The notes beneath the pieces are model-generated. The model was not told the origin of the DNA, did no database searches, and was given only the letters and a program-made list of their open reading frames with translations. The translations under genes were made by a program, and so were the position numbers. A stretch of 64,000 nucleotides of DNA from Hemiscyllium ocellatum (Eukaryota): positions 10,033,534 through 10,097,533 of the forward strand of contig NC_083409.1 in assembly GCF_020745735.1 (NCBI RefSeq). Direction: 5' to 3'. This document shows positions 36,458 through 49,300 of the stretch, in pieces (position 1 is the stretch's first letter; every line of letters begins with the position of its first letter).

Positions 36458-36492
36458 TCAGTCTGAGTTTGGTTCCTTTACCAAACGTGTAC
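36458..36492 (-). other. Ig kappa-type J segment
   Basis: G TAC ACG TTT GGT AAA GGA ACC AAA CTC AGA CTG A = YTFGKGTKLRL(S), with the FGxG motif. The in-phase donor reads GCAAGT rather than GTAAGT. Confidence 0.93.
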
Positions 36493-36531
36493 CACAGTGA
36501 GAGCTCCCAGTGCAGAGGCTGTATAAAAACC
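36493..36531 (+). promoter_or_regulatory. 23-bp-spacer recombination signal sequence of J
   Basis: CACAGTG (36493-99), 23-nt spacer, ATAAAAACC (36523-31; one mismatch to ACAAAAACC). Confidence 0.93.
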
Positions 36532-36975
36532 TCTGCTCTCTGCTTCCCCCTGTCACTCTCAACCTCTCCCTGTCTCTCTCTGTCTCTGTCTATTCTTGGT
36601 CAATCTCATTCACTCCCTACCCCTCTCTGTCTCTCCCTCATTCATGGGTCTTTCTCTCTCTGTCTTCCGGGGTTGTGTCCAGCTACTCTCGGGGGTTTGT
36701 GAAATTTAGTTTTCATTGTTAAATTTTGCAGCTGTTCTTCACATGTGGCCATGGAGTGTAAGAAGGAAACTTGAGGCCTTCAGTGAGCGGTGGACACCAC
36801 AGGGACTGGAGTGTGTAGTGGACAGTGACAAACCCAGCATGGGGTAATTTGTTCAATTTACTTTATATATAACTGTGGATGTGTCACTGCAGGAGATGGG
36901 ACTGTTTGTCCATTATTATACATTTCATAGAACTGTTGGATGTGTCAGTACAGAAGGTGGTGTTGTGCGTGTTGA

Positions 36976-37003
36976 GGTTTTTGTATGGCACTGTATCACT
37001 GTA
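36976..37003 (-). promoter_or_regulatory. 12-bp-spacer RSS of V with mutated heptamer
   Basis: TACAGTG (first C changed to T), spacer ATACAGTGCCAT (12 nt), perfect ACAAAAACC. Confidence 0.92.
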
Positions 37004-37299
37004 AAGGCTGCTGCTATACTGCTGACAGTAATATTCAGCGACATCTTCATTCTGAACGTTGCTGATTGTCAGGGTGAAACTGGTCCCTGATCCACAGCCG
37101 GTGAATCGATTGGAGACTCCTGTGAATCGATTTGTTGCATCATAGATCAGGAGAGAGGGTTTCTGACCTTCTCACTGCTGGTACCAAGCAAGGTTGCTGC
37201 TAATGCTTTGACTGGTCATCCAGGTGGTGGTTGCAGTCTGGCCCAGTCCCATTAACAGCACCCGGGGAGACTGGGTCATGATGATGTCCCCACTGATAA
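37004..37299 (-). pseudogene. Ig kappa-type V exon, pseudogene
   Basis: (V)[97 protein letters not shown]. The first Cys is replaced by Trp and there is a TGA at 37174-37172. Confidence 0.94.
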
Positions 37300-37485
37300 C
37301 TGAGGGGTCAGAGAGAAACACAGTGAAGTCAGAACTGTCACAGAAAGAGCCTGTCAAATGAGAGATTGTTGGAGACACTGAGCATTCTTCTGGTTTCAGC
37401 ATTTTCCCTTCAATCACAAGTCAGTGGAATTGGAGTGGAATGGAGAGCAGCTAAAGATTCAAGGTGGAAGGAGAGAGATTTGTAC

Positions 37486-37534
37486 CTGCAACACAGAATG
37501 CCAGGGGCCAGATCAGCGGGATGTGTGAAATCAT
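37486..37534 (-). CDS. Ig light-chain leader exon
   Basis: ATG at 37534, MISHIPLIWPLAFCVA+G, then a |gtacaa donor. The 186-nt phase-1 intron splices in frame to V. Confidence 0.88.
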
Positions 37535-37594
37535 GATGTGTGCTCCTGTCCCTGTGCCTGGTTCCTGATAAATTCTCCCTTCACTGGGTTCTGC

Positions 37595-37648
37595 TTTATA
37601 AAGCTGCAGCCTGTGAGAGTCTGACTGGGTGTTCCTCAGTATGTAAAT
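37595..37648 (-). promoter_or_regulatory. V promoter: TATA-like box and variant octamer
   Basis: TTTATAAA at 37602-37595. ATTTACAT at 37648-37641 is one mismatch from the Ig octamer ATTTGCAT and lies ~107 nt upstream of the ATG. Confidence 0.7.
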
Positions 37649-38639
37649 GGCATCAGGCAGAGAGAGCCACGTCAGGGCCTCATACTTCCTCTTCTCTCTC
37701 TCCCTCTCTCGCTCTCTCTCTCTCTCTGAGAATCATTGATGCGAACAACATTGAATGAGGCCATTTGGCCCATTGTGTCTGTGTGAGTAAACAAAGATCT
37801 AATTACACTAATCCCATCCTCCAGCTCTTGGCCCATCACCCTGGAGGCTACAGCAACACGAGTGAATATCTAAACACTGCTCCAATGTCACGAGAGTTTG
37901 TGACTCAACCAGCCTTTCAGGCAGTGAGTTCAAGACTCCCACCACCCTCTGGGTGAAAACATTTCTCCTCAATTCTCCTCTCACTCCAATTTGACTGGGC
38001 CTGGACTCACTCAAGTTCAGAAGGATGAGAGGGAATCTGATTGAGATGTATAATATTCTAACAGAGCTGGACAGGAGGAGGTTTCCCCTGGTTGGGAAGT
38101 CTGGAATCAGGGGACCCAGTCCCGGGGGATACAGGGTAGATCATTTTGGACTGAGATGAGGAAACATTTCTTCACTCAAAGGGTAGGACAACTGTGGAAC
38201 CCAAGGAACTGAATAAATTCAAGAAAAAGAGAGAGATAATTGTTTTGCATTTTAACAGCATGAAGGGAATGGGGAGAAAACAGGAATATGGTTTTGAGAT
38301 GGAGGATCAGCCATGATCATAATGAATGACAGAGCAGACTCAAAGGGCCAAAAGGCCTACTCCAGTTCCGAGTTTCTATGTGTCCATGTGTGTTACCTGG
38401 GACACAGGTTATTGAGTCCTTTACTGATATATAAAGTGCCTTCTTACCCACGCTATCACTGCCCCAAATAATCTTATCCCCCTCTATCATGTCCCCTCTC
38501 AGCCTTCACTGCTCCAAGGAAACAATCCCAACCTTTCCAAGATTTCCCCACAGCTGACCCTCCATCCCAGGCAGCATCTTGGTAAATCTCTGCACCCTCT
38601 CAAGTACAATCACATCCTTCTCAGAATGTGGTGACCAGG

Positions 38640-38982
38640 ACCTATCCACCTCTCTCTCTCTGTCTCACATCTGCCACTTCTTTCTCTCTATCCCTCTCTC
38701 TCCTACTATTAATCTCTTTCATGTTCTCGCTCTCTCTCACTCTGTCTCATAGCCACTCTCCCCAATTCACTCATGCTTTCTCACTCCATCTCATAATCTT
38801 TATTTTTCCATCTCTCACTGTCTCCATAACTCCTTCCCTCTCTCGCTTCAATTTCGATCCTCTGTTATCTCTCCTCTCCATACCTCCCTCTGTCTCACTC
38901 CCTCCCTCTCTGTATTCCCAAATCTACAATCATACTCCCTCCCTCTCTGTCATTCTGTTTTTAATCATACTCATGTCTCTCA

Positions 38983-39019
<37 letters not shown>

Positions 39020-39100
39020 ACACACACACACACACACACACACACGTACAGACACTCACCCTTTGTCTCTGACTCACTTCTCTCTCTTTCTCAGTGTCCC
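38640..39100. repeat. CT-rich low-complexity tract with (CT)n(CA)n microsatellite
   Basis: Pure (CT)n then (CA)n at ~38985-39045 within pyrimidine-rich sequence. Confidence 0.9.
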
Positions 39101-39556
39101 AGGTTGTGGCAGTTGAATTCAGGATGAATCTCCCTCTCTCTGCCCCACTCATGGATGCTAACCTTTGACCCCAGAAGCATGTTTTCTCCTGGAGTAAGGC
39201 CCCATTTTCCGCATTGACCTGGATTTGGCCTCTCTCAGAAAGATGGCTAGATTCTTGTCAAATGAAGGGCTGTTCTGTGCTGTTGGCCTGTTCTCACTGG
39301 GGACTGGTTTGGACACAAAGCTCATTCCATGAAGGCCCAGCAGAGAGAGGAGATCCTCAGGCAATCAGTGTGAGCTGGAGGGACAGGACAGGCTCTGACC
39401 CCCTGATACAGCATGTCCATTCACAACATTTTCCAATCCCTTCCCCCTCCTACCCGTCTCCTTCCCTTTCCATGATCAGTCTCTGAGTCAGGGTGTTTTA
39501 CTGGGATACGGGTTGAACCATTACACAGTTACAACAGAAAGGAACTGAACCCCACA

Positions 39557-41255
39557 CTCACCTTGGAGTCCGTGATGCACTGGACTCTCCTACAGAGTCC
39601 AGTAAACATGGGCCTCCTTCCTGCAGGAGCCTCCAGTAGAGACCAGTAAACATTGGTCTCCTTCTGACTGGACTCTCCAAAGGAGACCACTAAACATGTA
39701 CCTCTTTCAGACTGGATCGTCTAGTAAAGACCAGTAAACATGGACCTCCTTCCTGCTGGAACCTCCAACACAGACCAGTAAACATGGATCTCCTTCTGAC
39801 TGGATCCTCCAAGACAGACCAGTAAATATGGGCCTCCAAATCACTGGAACTTCCAATGGAGATGAGTAGATGGTTGAGTTTTTGAAGAAGGAAGCAAGAA
39901 GATAGGTAAAGATAGAGTAGTACACTCTGTCTACATGGAGTTAATACAAGGTTCCCTATGGTAGACTGCTTAGTAAGATTATATCACATAGGATCCAGGG
40001 ACAGCTCGCCAATTGGATATGAAATTGGCCTGATGATAGGAGGCTGAGGCTGGTGAGAGAGGGTTGTTCTTCAGACTGGAGGCCAGTGACCAAATGTCTG
40101 TCACAAGAATCGATCATGGATCCACTGTTGTTCATCATTTATGTGAACAATTTGGATGAGAAAATAGCAGGAATGGTCAGTAAGTTTATGGCTGAAGTTA
40201 TAATTGTTGGCATAGTGGACAGGGAAGAAGGTTATACAAGAGTGCAATGTCATCTTGATCAACTGGGCCAGTGCGTCAACAAATCGAGATGGAAATTTTG
40301 ATAAATGGAAGGAGTTGCATTTTGGGAAGACCAACCAGGGCAGAAATTACACAATTAATTGTAGAGCCATGGGGAGTGTTGTTGAACAGAGAGACGAGGG
40401 GTACAGGTACATAGTTCCTTGGAAGTGGCGTCACAGGTAGACAGGGTGATGAAGAAGGTATTTGGCACGCTCACCTTCACTGGTCAAAGCAGGGAGTATA
40501 GGATCTGGGACATCATGTTACAGCTGTACAAGGCATTGGTAAGGCCACATTTGGACACAGTACATTTCTGCTTACCCTGCTATAGGAAGGAAGTTATGAC
40601 AGTGGTTTGAATAAAAGAAAGATTAACAGGGATGTTACCAAGGTTGGTGAGTTTGAATTACAAGGCGAGGATGGATAGTCCGAGAGATTTTTCCAGTGAA
40701 TGCAGGAGATTGAGGGGTGACCTTATAGAGGTTGTGGAATTAGGAAGGTCATAGATAAGGTGAATAGTCAAAGTCTTTTCCCCAGTGTAGGAGAGTCCAG
40801 TACTAGAAGTAGTAGGTTTAAGTTGAGAGGGGAAAGAATTAGTAGGAAACTGAGGGGCAACATTTTCACACAGAGGTTAGTGTGTATGTGTAATGAGCTG
40901 ACAGAAGAATTCGTAGAGGTGAGTACAATTACTACATTTCAAGGTCATTTTTACAGGAACATGGATAGGAAGGATTTAGAGAGAATTGGGCCAAACACAT
41001 GCAAATGGGACTAGTTCAGTTTTGGATACTTGGTCGGCATGGATGAGTTGAGCTGAATGGCCTGATCCCATGCTGTAAAACTCTATGACTCTTTGGTGAT
41101 ATATACTTGGGACACTTTCCCATAGAACCAGTAAACATGGACCTCTTTCCACTGGAACCTCCAATAGACACCAATAAACAGGGACCTCCTTCCCTTTGGA
41201 TACTCTAGAAGAGACTAGTAAACATGGTCCTCCTTCCCTCAGGACTGTCCAGCAC
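39557..41255. repeat. 44-bp minisatellite split by a CR1 insertion
   Basis: agtaaacat units start at 39601, 39645, 39689, 39733, 39777 and 39821 (exact 44-nt period), then resume at 41130, 41173 and 41217. Confidence 0.85.
39865..41095 (+). mobile_element. 5'-truncated CR1 RT/3' fragment
   Basis: DPLLFIIYVNNLD and MLQLYKALVRPHL, ending in a ctctatgactct tail. Confidence 0.85.
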
Positions 41256-42569
41256 CTGAGCTACAAATCCGACATCCTCTCCATCACGTAGGTCTCTTAT
41301 TTCAATCTCAACAACATTGTCTCTGCATTACCTCGGCCCCTTGACCACAGAAACCCTAATTCCTGCTCGTCCTGCCCCCTAACTCTATGATTCCACTGTC
41401 CTCTCCCAGCTTCCTAAAGCCATATTCCATAAACTCCAACTTGTCTGATATGGAGTGGGCCCTTCCCTGTCTTATCCATCTGTTATTCCAGAATGACCCC
41501 TGTCCTCACTGCCAGCCAATTGACTCTATGGCCTCCCTCCTCCCACCGTCTGTGTCCTGCTGCAGACTCACATTCCCTCCCTCCCCCTTCCATCTTCTGT
41601 CTCTGGTCTCCTGCTCATTGCTGCTTGCTCCATCCCACCATTGACAGCAGAGCCTTCAGACCCCTACAGCATGCTCTCTGACCTCCTGCCCTTGATCCCT
41701 CCCCCTCTCAATGGTTGTGCTATTGAATATACTGTTCAATCCCATCACTTTGGTTCACTGTTCCCTTGCCATTGATTTGCTGAATTATTCCTCATCAGTA
41801 AATCTAGTGTGTCCCATTCCTTGAGTTGGTTCAAGTGAGTTTCCCTTTAGAAAACACTCTTCTGTAAACTGGGTTGTCTGTTTCTCCCAGTCTTTGTGTA
41901 AAGGTGAGTCTAAGTGTGTGTAAGCTCTTATACAGCACAGACAGAGGTCACTGGGCTGATTGTGACTGTTAGTCAAATGAGTCCAATGAGTCCCATTTCC
42001 TCAGCCCTTCCTGTATAACCCCGCAATTATTTCCATTTTAGCTATTTCTCCAAATGCCCTTTTGAAAGTTGCTGTTGAATCCACTTCCACTCACCTTGCA
42101 GACAGTCATCATGAACTCGCTGGATAAAAAATGTTCCTATCTTCTCTCTTGTGCTTTAGACTCTTTCTGAAATGTGTGCCCTCTGGTTACTGACCCTCCT
42201 GCCTGGAGAAACAATTTGTCCTGTATTTACTGCATCCAAACTCTCTAATTGTGAACCCCTCATTGAGTGAGACCTATTTCCAGCACAGGGGGAGAACATT
42301 CAGCCTGTCAGGGAAATGCTGTCATTTCATGGAACAAACCAGTCAGTCCCACCCCCTCCCCTACTCGACCCTCAGGGCCTTGCAGGTTTATTTCCATCAA
42401 GAGCCCATCCAATCTGCCATTGCAATCACTGAGTGTCTTCACCTGTCTCACCTGAATGGGCACTAATTTCCAAGACTTTGCCAATTTCTGCTAAAATCAA
42501 AGTTCTTTCTGACATTCCATATCTCTTGCCTAACAGAATGTAAGATAATCTCAAAGGGAAGATAGGATT

Positions 42570-43065
42570 TTGTCTCCACACAGACTGTGCGGTGGTCACT
42601 CTTAGTGATACTGTCATGGACAGATACACCAGCAGCAGGCAGCTTGGTGAGGGTGATAGTGAGTATGTTTTTCCCTCTTGTTGGTTCCCTCACCACCTGC
42701 CCCAGGTCCAGTCTAGCAGCTGAATCAGGTGGAGCGTGACCAGTTTGCTCAGTAGTGATGCTTCTGAGCAGCTCTTGATGGTGGGCTTTGAAGTCCCTCA
42801 CTCAGGATATATCCTGCATCATTCCCTCCCTCAGTGCTCCCACCAAGTGTTGTTCAACATGGAGGAGGACTGACTGCTCAGTTGAGGTTGGAGCGGAGGG
42901 CGGTGCTATGTGATAATCAGCAGGAGGTTTCCTTCCCCATGTTTGACCTGCTGTCATGAGGCTTCATGGGTTCCATAGTTAATGGTGAGGACTCCCAGGG
43001 CAACTCCCTTCCGACTGTACACACCACTGTGTTGCCTCCCCTGCTTGGTCTATCCTGCCAGTTAA
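42570..43065 (-). mobile_element. Non-LTR retrotransposon APE endonuclease fragment
   Basis: RDFKAHHQE...QVVREPTRGKNIL...SDHRTV (GDFN, PT and SDH motifs). Confidence 0.7.
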
Positions 43066-43320
43066 AACTGAATGAGGGAACAATTCTGTGCAGGTTTCAC
43101 AGCTTGGAGACAGAGCTGCTGCTGGATTCTGTTTCTGATCTCCGAGTGCAGGCGTGTGTGTTTGTGAGAGAGTGACTGACACCTTTTCCAAAACTGTTCT
43201 GTTTCTGCAAAAAATAAATCCTAGAACCAGCCTCCTGTGCTGTCAGATTCCAGGGAGTGCAGATGGTTCACAGTTTTCTCCCGTCTCAGTAACAAACACC
43301 CAGCTGCTCCGAGCTCCTTC

Positions 43321-43338
43321 TTTCACTTCCTCTTTTTT
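43321..43338 (-). promoter_or_regulatory. Candidate PU.1/IRF composite element (EICE)
   Basis: Minus strand AAAAAAGAGGAAGTGAAA matches GGAAnnGAAA with the A-rich PU.1 5' flank. E-boxes CAGATG (43260) and CAGCTG (43301) are adjacent. Motif evidence only. Confidence 0.45.
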
Positions 43339-46324
43339 GTGAAGTTTCAACCTTGCGATCTGACAGTCTTTGCAGTTATTTTTTACACTGGGGCTTTCTG
43401 CTGTGGTCAGAATCTCTAATAATAAGCGTCCGATCAGTGACAATCACAGCAGCTAAGAGCAGTCAGGACTGAGGAGCCCGGACTCACTGTGTAACATATT
43501 GGGAAGATCAAAGCCATCCTCTTCAGATCCTGGTATACGCTCCATCCCTCTCCCTGAGCACTATCTGCTGCTCAACTAGACTCTTTACAAACTGGGTCTC
43601 ATGTTTGAGAATGATCTCAGCCCCATATCTTTCATATCACAAAGATCAGCCACTGAAATTCTCAGCCAGGTTTATGGGACTCCAAACATGACCATTCCAA
43701 TGGCTGATGCACATCACAGCCACTGCCCTCCGTATCCTTCAGCTCATCCAAAATTCTGCAGCCCGTATCCAAACTTGCACCATGTCCCGTTCCCACAACC
43801 CCCTGCACCCCGTGCCTATATTGGCTCCTGGTCGAGCAACACCTCGATTTTCAAATTCTCATCCTTGTTCTCAAATCCCTCTCTGCCCTCCACTCTCCCT
43901 ATCTCTGTAATCTCCTCCAAGCTGCCTCACTCCGTGTAGTCAGCAATCTTGGATAATTGGCTCTCTATTCCTTCATCCAAGTCATTGAGAAATATCGTGA
44001 AATACTGAGGCCCCTGCACAAATCCCTGGGGACACCTCTATTCACATCTTGTTCATTGGAGAGCACAAACGTTATCCCTCCTCTCTGTCTCCTCCCTCCA
44101 AACTAATTCCTAACCAAAGACAAATACTTTTCTAGAACTGTCTTGATGATAGGAAGCAGAGGGTAATATTGGAAGGATGCTTGTCAGACTGGAGGCCTGT
44201 GTTGGGTGGAGTGCCTCAGGGCTCAGTGCTGGCCCCATTACTGTTTGTTATCAATATTAATGATTTGGATGAGAATCTGTAAGGCATGATTAGTAAGTTT
44301 GATGTGCAGGTCAGGTGAATTGGCCATGTTAAATTGGCCATAGTCTGAGGTACATTAGTCAGAGGAAATTGGTCTAGGTGGGTTACTCTTCAGAGGGTCG
44401 GTGTGGATTGGTTGGGCCGAAGATCTGTTTCCACACTGGAGGGAATCTAATCTCTAATCTTGTACAGGATGTCAGTGAGGTCGCACTTGGAATATTGTAT
44501 TCAGTTTGGACATCTTGTTATAGAAAGGATATTACTAAACCAGAAAGAGTACTCAAGAAATTTACAAGGATGTTGCCTGGACTCAACAATCTGATTATAG
44601 GGAGAGTTTAGGCAAGTTAGGACTTTTTTCATGGAACACAGGAGACTGGTGGGGGAACTTTTAGAAGTGTATGAGATCATGAGAGACATGGATAGAGTTG
44701 GGGAATCGAGGATGAGAGGGCATCAGTTTAGTGTTAGAGAGGAATGAATAAAAGGGAACCTGAGGGGCAACATTTTTACACAGAGGGTGGCACGCATGTG
44801 GAATGAGATGCCAGCTGAAGTGATTGAGGTGGCTACATTAACAACATTTAAAAGACATTTGGACAAATAGATAGATAGGGAAACATTTGAAGGATATGGG
44901 ACAAGTGCCGGGAAATGGGGTTAGCATGGATGGACATTTTGGTCAGCACGGTCCAGTTTGGGCCAAAGGGCCTGTCTCTGTGCTGCAGGACTCGATGGCT
45001 CTAAGACTCTATAATTCCATTGTTTCCATGTTTATGAACAATCTCTCAAACATAGAAACAGAGGAACTAGGAGCAAGAGGAAGCCATTCAGCCCTTCAAG
45101 TTGGCTCTGCCATTCAATCTGACCATGGCTGATCATCCAATTTAGTTCCCGCTCCCATTTTTTCTCCATAAAATTTCTCCCCTTTAGTCCTAAGAATATA
45201 CTTATCCTCTCTTGAAAATATTGAATGTTTTGGGCTCAACTGCTTTCTGTGACAGAATATCCCACTAGCTTCCCAGTCTCTGGCTAAAGAAATGTCTCCT
45301 CAGCTCAGTCTGAAATAACCTTTCCCTTTTCTTTAAACTATAACTCGTAGTTCTGGAATCTCCAGTCATCAGGAACATCCTCCCTGTATTGTTCTGGTCT
45401 TGTCCTGTTCGGATTTTCAAGGTTTCAATGTGATTCCTCTTAATCTTCTAAGCGCCAATGAATATAATCCTAACTGATCCAGTTCCTCATCAGATCTAAG
45501 TGCTGTCCTCCCAGCAATCAGTCTGGTAAACCTTCGCTGCCCTCCCTCCACAGCCAGAACATCCTTCCTCAGATAAGGAAACCAAAACTGCACACAACAG
45601 AATCATAAAATCACACAGAGGAGGCCCTTCAGCCCATTAACTGTGTACCAGCCAAACTACACTAAACCTATACCAGTCCCACTTTCCAACATGAGGCCCA
45701 CAGCTTGAATGTTATGACATTTCAACTGCTCACCCAAGTACATTTTAAAGTTTGTGAGGTTTCCCACCTCAACTCCCCTCCCAGGCTGTGCGTTCCAGAT
45801 GCACACCATCCTCTGGATGAAAAACATTTTCCTCAAAACATCTTGAAACCTCCAATCTTTCACACTGAATATGAGCCAACTTGTTATTGACCCTCCCATG
45901 AAGGAGAACAGCTGCTTTCTCTCCACCCTGTCCATTCCCCTCATAACCTTATACACCTCTACCAGGTCCCCCCTCCACCTTCTCTGCTCTGAAGAAAACA
46001 ACCCGAGCTGATCCAATTTCTCTTCATCACTGAGAGGTTCCATCCCACACAACATCCTGGTGATTCCCCTCTGCACCCCATCCAGTGCAATCACATCCTT
46101 CCTACAGTGTGGTGACCTGAACTGCACACAGTACTCCAGCTGTGGCCTCACCAATGTACTGCTTAACTGCACCATCTCCTCCTGCTTTTATAACCAATAC
46201 CTGACATAACAAAGGCAGGTATCCCCTGTGCCCTCATAACTGCTCTGTTAACCTGTCTTGCCATATTCAGGGATCAGTGGACAAGCACCCAAGATCACTC
46301 TGTTCCTTTGAACTTCCTCAGTTC

Positions 46325-49300
46325 AAAGAACAAAGAACAATGAAAATTACAGCACAAGAACTGGCCCTTCGGCCCTACTAGCCTGCACTGGTCCATATCC
46401 TCCATCTAAACCTGTCATCAATTTTCCAAGGGTCTATCTCCTTTGCTCCCTGCCCATCCATGTATCTATCTAGATATATCTTAAATGATGCTATTGTGCC
46501 TGCCTCTACCACCTCCACTGGCAACGTGTTCCAGGACCAATCACTCTCTGTGTGAAGAACTTTCCATACATATCTCCCTGAAATGTTTCCACTCTCACTT
46601 TGAACTCATGACCCAGAGTAATTGAGTCCCCACTCTGGGAAAAAGTTTCTTGCTATCCACCCTGTCTCCACCTCTCATGATTTTGTAGACATCAATCAGG
46701 TCCCCCCTCAATGTTCGACTTTCTAATGAAAATAATCCTATACTACTCAACCTCTCTTCATAGCTAGCACCCTCCATCCCAGGCAATCCTGGTGAACCTC
46801 CTGTGCACACTCTACAAAGCATCTACATCCTTCTGTAAATGTGGCAACCAGAACTGTGGGCAGTATTCCAAACGTGGACAAGCCAAAATCCGATATAATT
46901 CTAACAGGACTTGCCAACTCTTGTACTGAATACCACGTTAATGAAGGAAGGTATGCCATATGTCTTCTTGACCACTCTATCAACCTGTGTTGTCACCTCC
47001 AGGGTACAATGGACCTGAACACCCAGGTCTCTCTTGCCATCAATTTTCCCAGGGTGTTCCATTCACCGTACAGTTTACTCCAGATTTGGATCTTCCTAAA
47101 TTCATCAGATCACATTTGCCCGGATTGAACTCCATCCGTCGTTTCTCTGCCCAACTCTCCAATCTGTCTATATTCTGCTACATTCTCTGACAGTCCCCTT
47201 CACTATCTGCTACTCCACCAATATCAGTGTCATCTGCAAACTTGTTAATCAGATCACCTATACCTTCCTCCAGATCATTTATGTCTTTCCAAAACAAGAG
47301 CGGTACCAGCACGGATTCCTGTTCTCCATTTTGAGAAACTCCTTCCACTACTACTCTCTGTCTCCTGTTGCCCAGCCTGTTCTCTATCCATCTAGTGAGT
47401 ACACTCTGGACCCCATGCGACTTTAATTTCTTTATCAGGCTGCCATGGGGAACTTTATCAAACGCATTCCTCAAATTCATGTGTATGACATCCACAGCCC
47501 TTCCCTCATCAATCAATTCATCACTTCTTCAAAGACTTCTATAAAGTTGGTAAGACATGATATTCCCTGCACAACTTCATGCTGCCTATAACTGATAAGT
47601 CAATTTTCTTCCAAATGTAAATAGATCTTACCCCTCAGTATCTTCTCCAGCAGCTTCCCGACCACTACATCAGGCTCACTGGTTGATAGTTACCTGGATT
47701 ATACTGGCTACCCTTCTTAAACATGAGCAATTCTCCACTCCTCTGGGACCTCATCCATGTTCAAGGTTGCTACGAAGATATCTGTTAAGGACCCAGCTAT
47801 TTCCCCTCTCGTTTCCCTCAGTAAGCTAGGGTCTATCCCATCCCAACCTGGGGACTTGTCCACCTTGATGCCTTTTAAAATACCCAACACTTCCTCCCTC
47901 CTTAAACTGACTTGACTCTGAGTAATCAAACATCTATCCCCAACTTCAACATCTGTCATTTCCCCCTCCTTGGTGAATACCGACGTAAAGCACTCATTAA
48001 GAATCACATCCATTTTCTCTGACTCCACACATAACATTCCTCCTTTGTCCTTGAGTGGGCCAACCCTTTCTCTAGTCATCCATTAGCTCCTTATGTATGA
48101 ATAAAAGGCTTTGGGATTTTCCTTAATCCTGTTTGTTAATGATATTTCGTGACCCCTTTTAGCCCTTCTAATTCCTCACTTCAGATTGGTCCTACTTTCC
48201 CGATATTCTTCCAAAGCTTTGCCTGTTTTCAGCCACCTAGACCTTATGTATGCATCCTTTTTCCTCTTAGCTAGTTTCAATTTCATCTGTCATCCAGCGT
48301 TCCCTAATCCTGCCATTTCAATCCTTATTTTCACAGGGACATGTCTGTGCTGACTCTAGTCAACCTCTCTTTAAAAGCCTCCCACATATCAAATGTGGAT
48401 TTCCTTTTAAACAGCTGCTCCCAATCCACATTCCCCAGTTCCTGCCAAATTTTGCTATTGTTGGCATTCCTCCACTTTCACCCTCTTCGTTTAGGACCAC
48501 TCTCATCTTTATCCATGAGCATTCTAAAACTTACAGAATTGTGGTCACTGTTACCAAAATAATCCCCTACTGAAATTTCAACCACCTGGCCAGGCTCATT
48601 CCCCAATACCAGGTCCGGTATGGCCCCTTCCTGCATTAGACTATTTCCACATTACTCTGTAAAATCCTCCTGGATGCTCCTTACAAATTCTGCTCCATCT
48701 TAACCTCGAACATTAAGTGAATCCCAGTCAATGTTGGGTTAATTAAAATCTCCATTGCCACCACCTTGTTACTCCTATATCTTTCCATAATCTGTTTACA
48801 TATTTGTACCTCTATCTCACGTTCACTGTTAGGAGGCTTGTAGGATAGCACCAACATTGTTACTGCACCCTTCTTGTTTCTGAGCTCTGCCCAAATTGCC
48901 CCACTGCTCGAGTCCTCCATAGTGCCCTCCTTCAGCACACCTGTGATATCCTCTCTGACCTGTAATGCAACTCCTCCATCCCTTTTACCTCACTCTCGAA
49001 CCCATCTGATACATCTGTATCCTGGGATATTTAGTTGCCAATCTTGCCCTTCCCTCAACCAAGTCTCAGTAATAGGAATAACATCATACTCCCAGATACT
49101 AATCCAAGCCCTAAATTCCTCTGCCTTACCTACTATACTTCTCACATTAAAACAAATGCACCTCAGACCATCTGTCCTTTTGCGTTCAACATCTGCTCCC
49201 TACCTACTCTTAACCTAAGTCACGCTGACTTCAATATCTAGTTCCTGACAGGCTGTAGTTACTCCCTCCTTATTGCCCACTAACTTCCTCATTTGGTTCC

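Larger units (their letters stand above)
27149..37648 (-). pseudogene. Complete split (non-germline-joined) kappa-type light-chain cluster L-V-12RSS / 23RSS-J-C, pseudogene
   Basis: All components are collinear on the minus strand. V and J RSSs are 444 nt apart and the J-C intron is ~9.0 kb. One V-J-C per cluster is the established cartilaginous-fish organisation, and V-12/J-23 is the kappa configuration. Confidence 0.92.

Noticed and set aside
39158-39364. 68-aa minus-strand ORF in apparently unique sequence
   Set aside because: No recognisable family and no convincing start or splice context. It cannot be supported without expression data.
39601-39860. Regularly spaced 44-bp repeats resembling a CRISPR array
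   Set aside because: Eukaryotic context, the whole unit is homologous between copies (no unique spacers), and there are no cas genes. It is a minisatellite.
43486-43492. CACTGTG heptamer near the EICE island
   Set aside because: No nonamer at either spacing and no J-like FGxG sequence follows.
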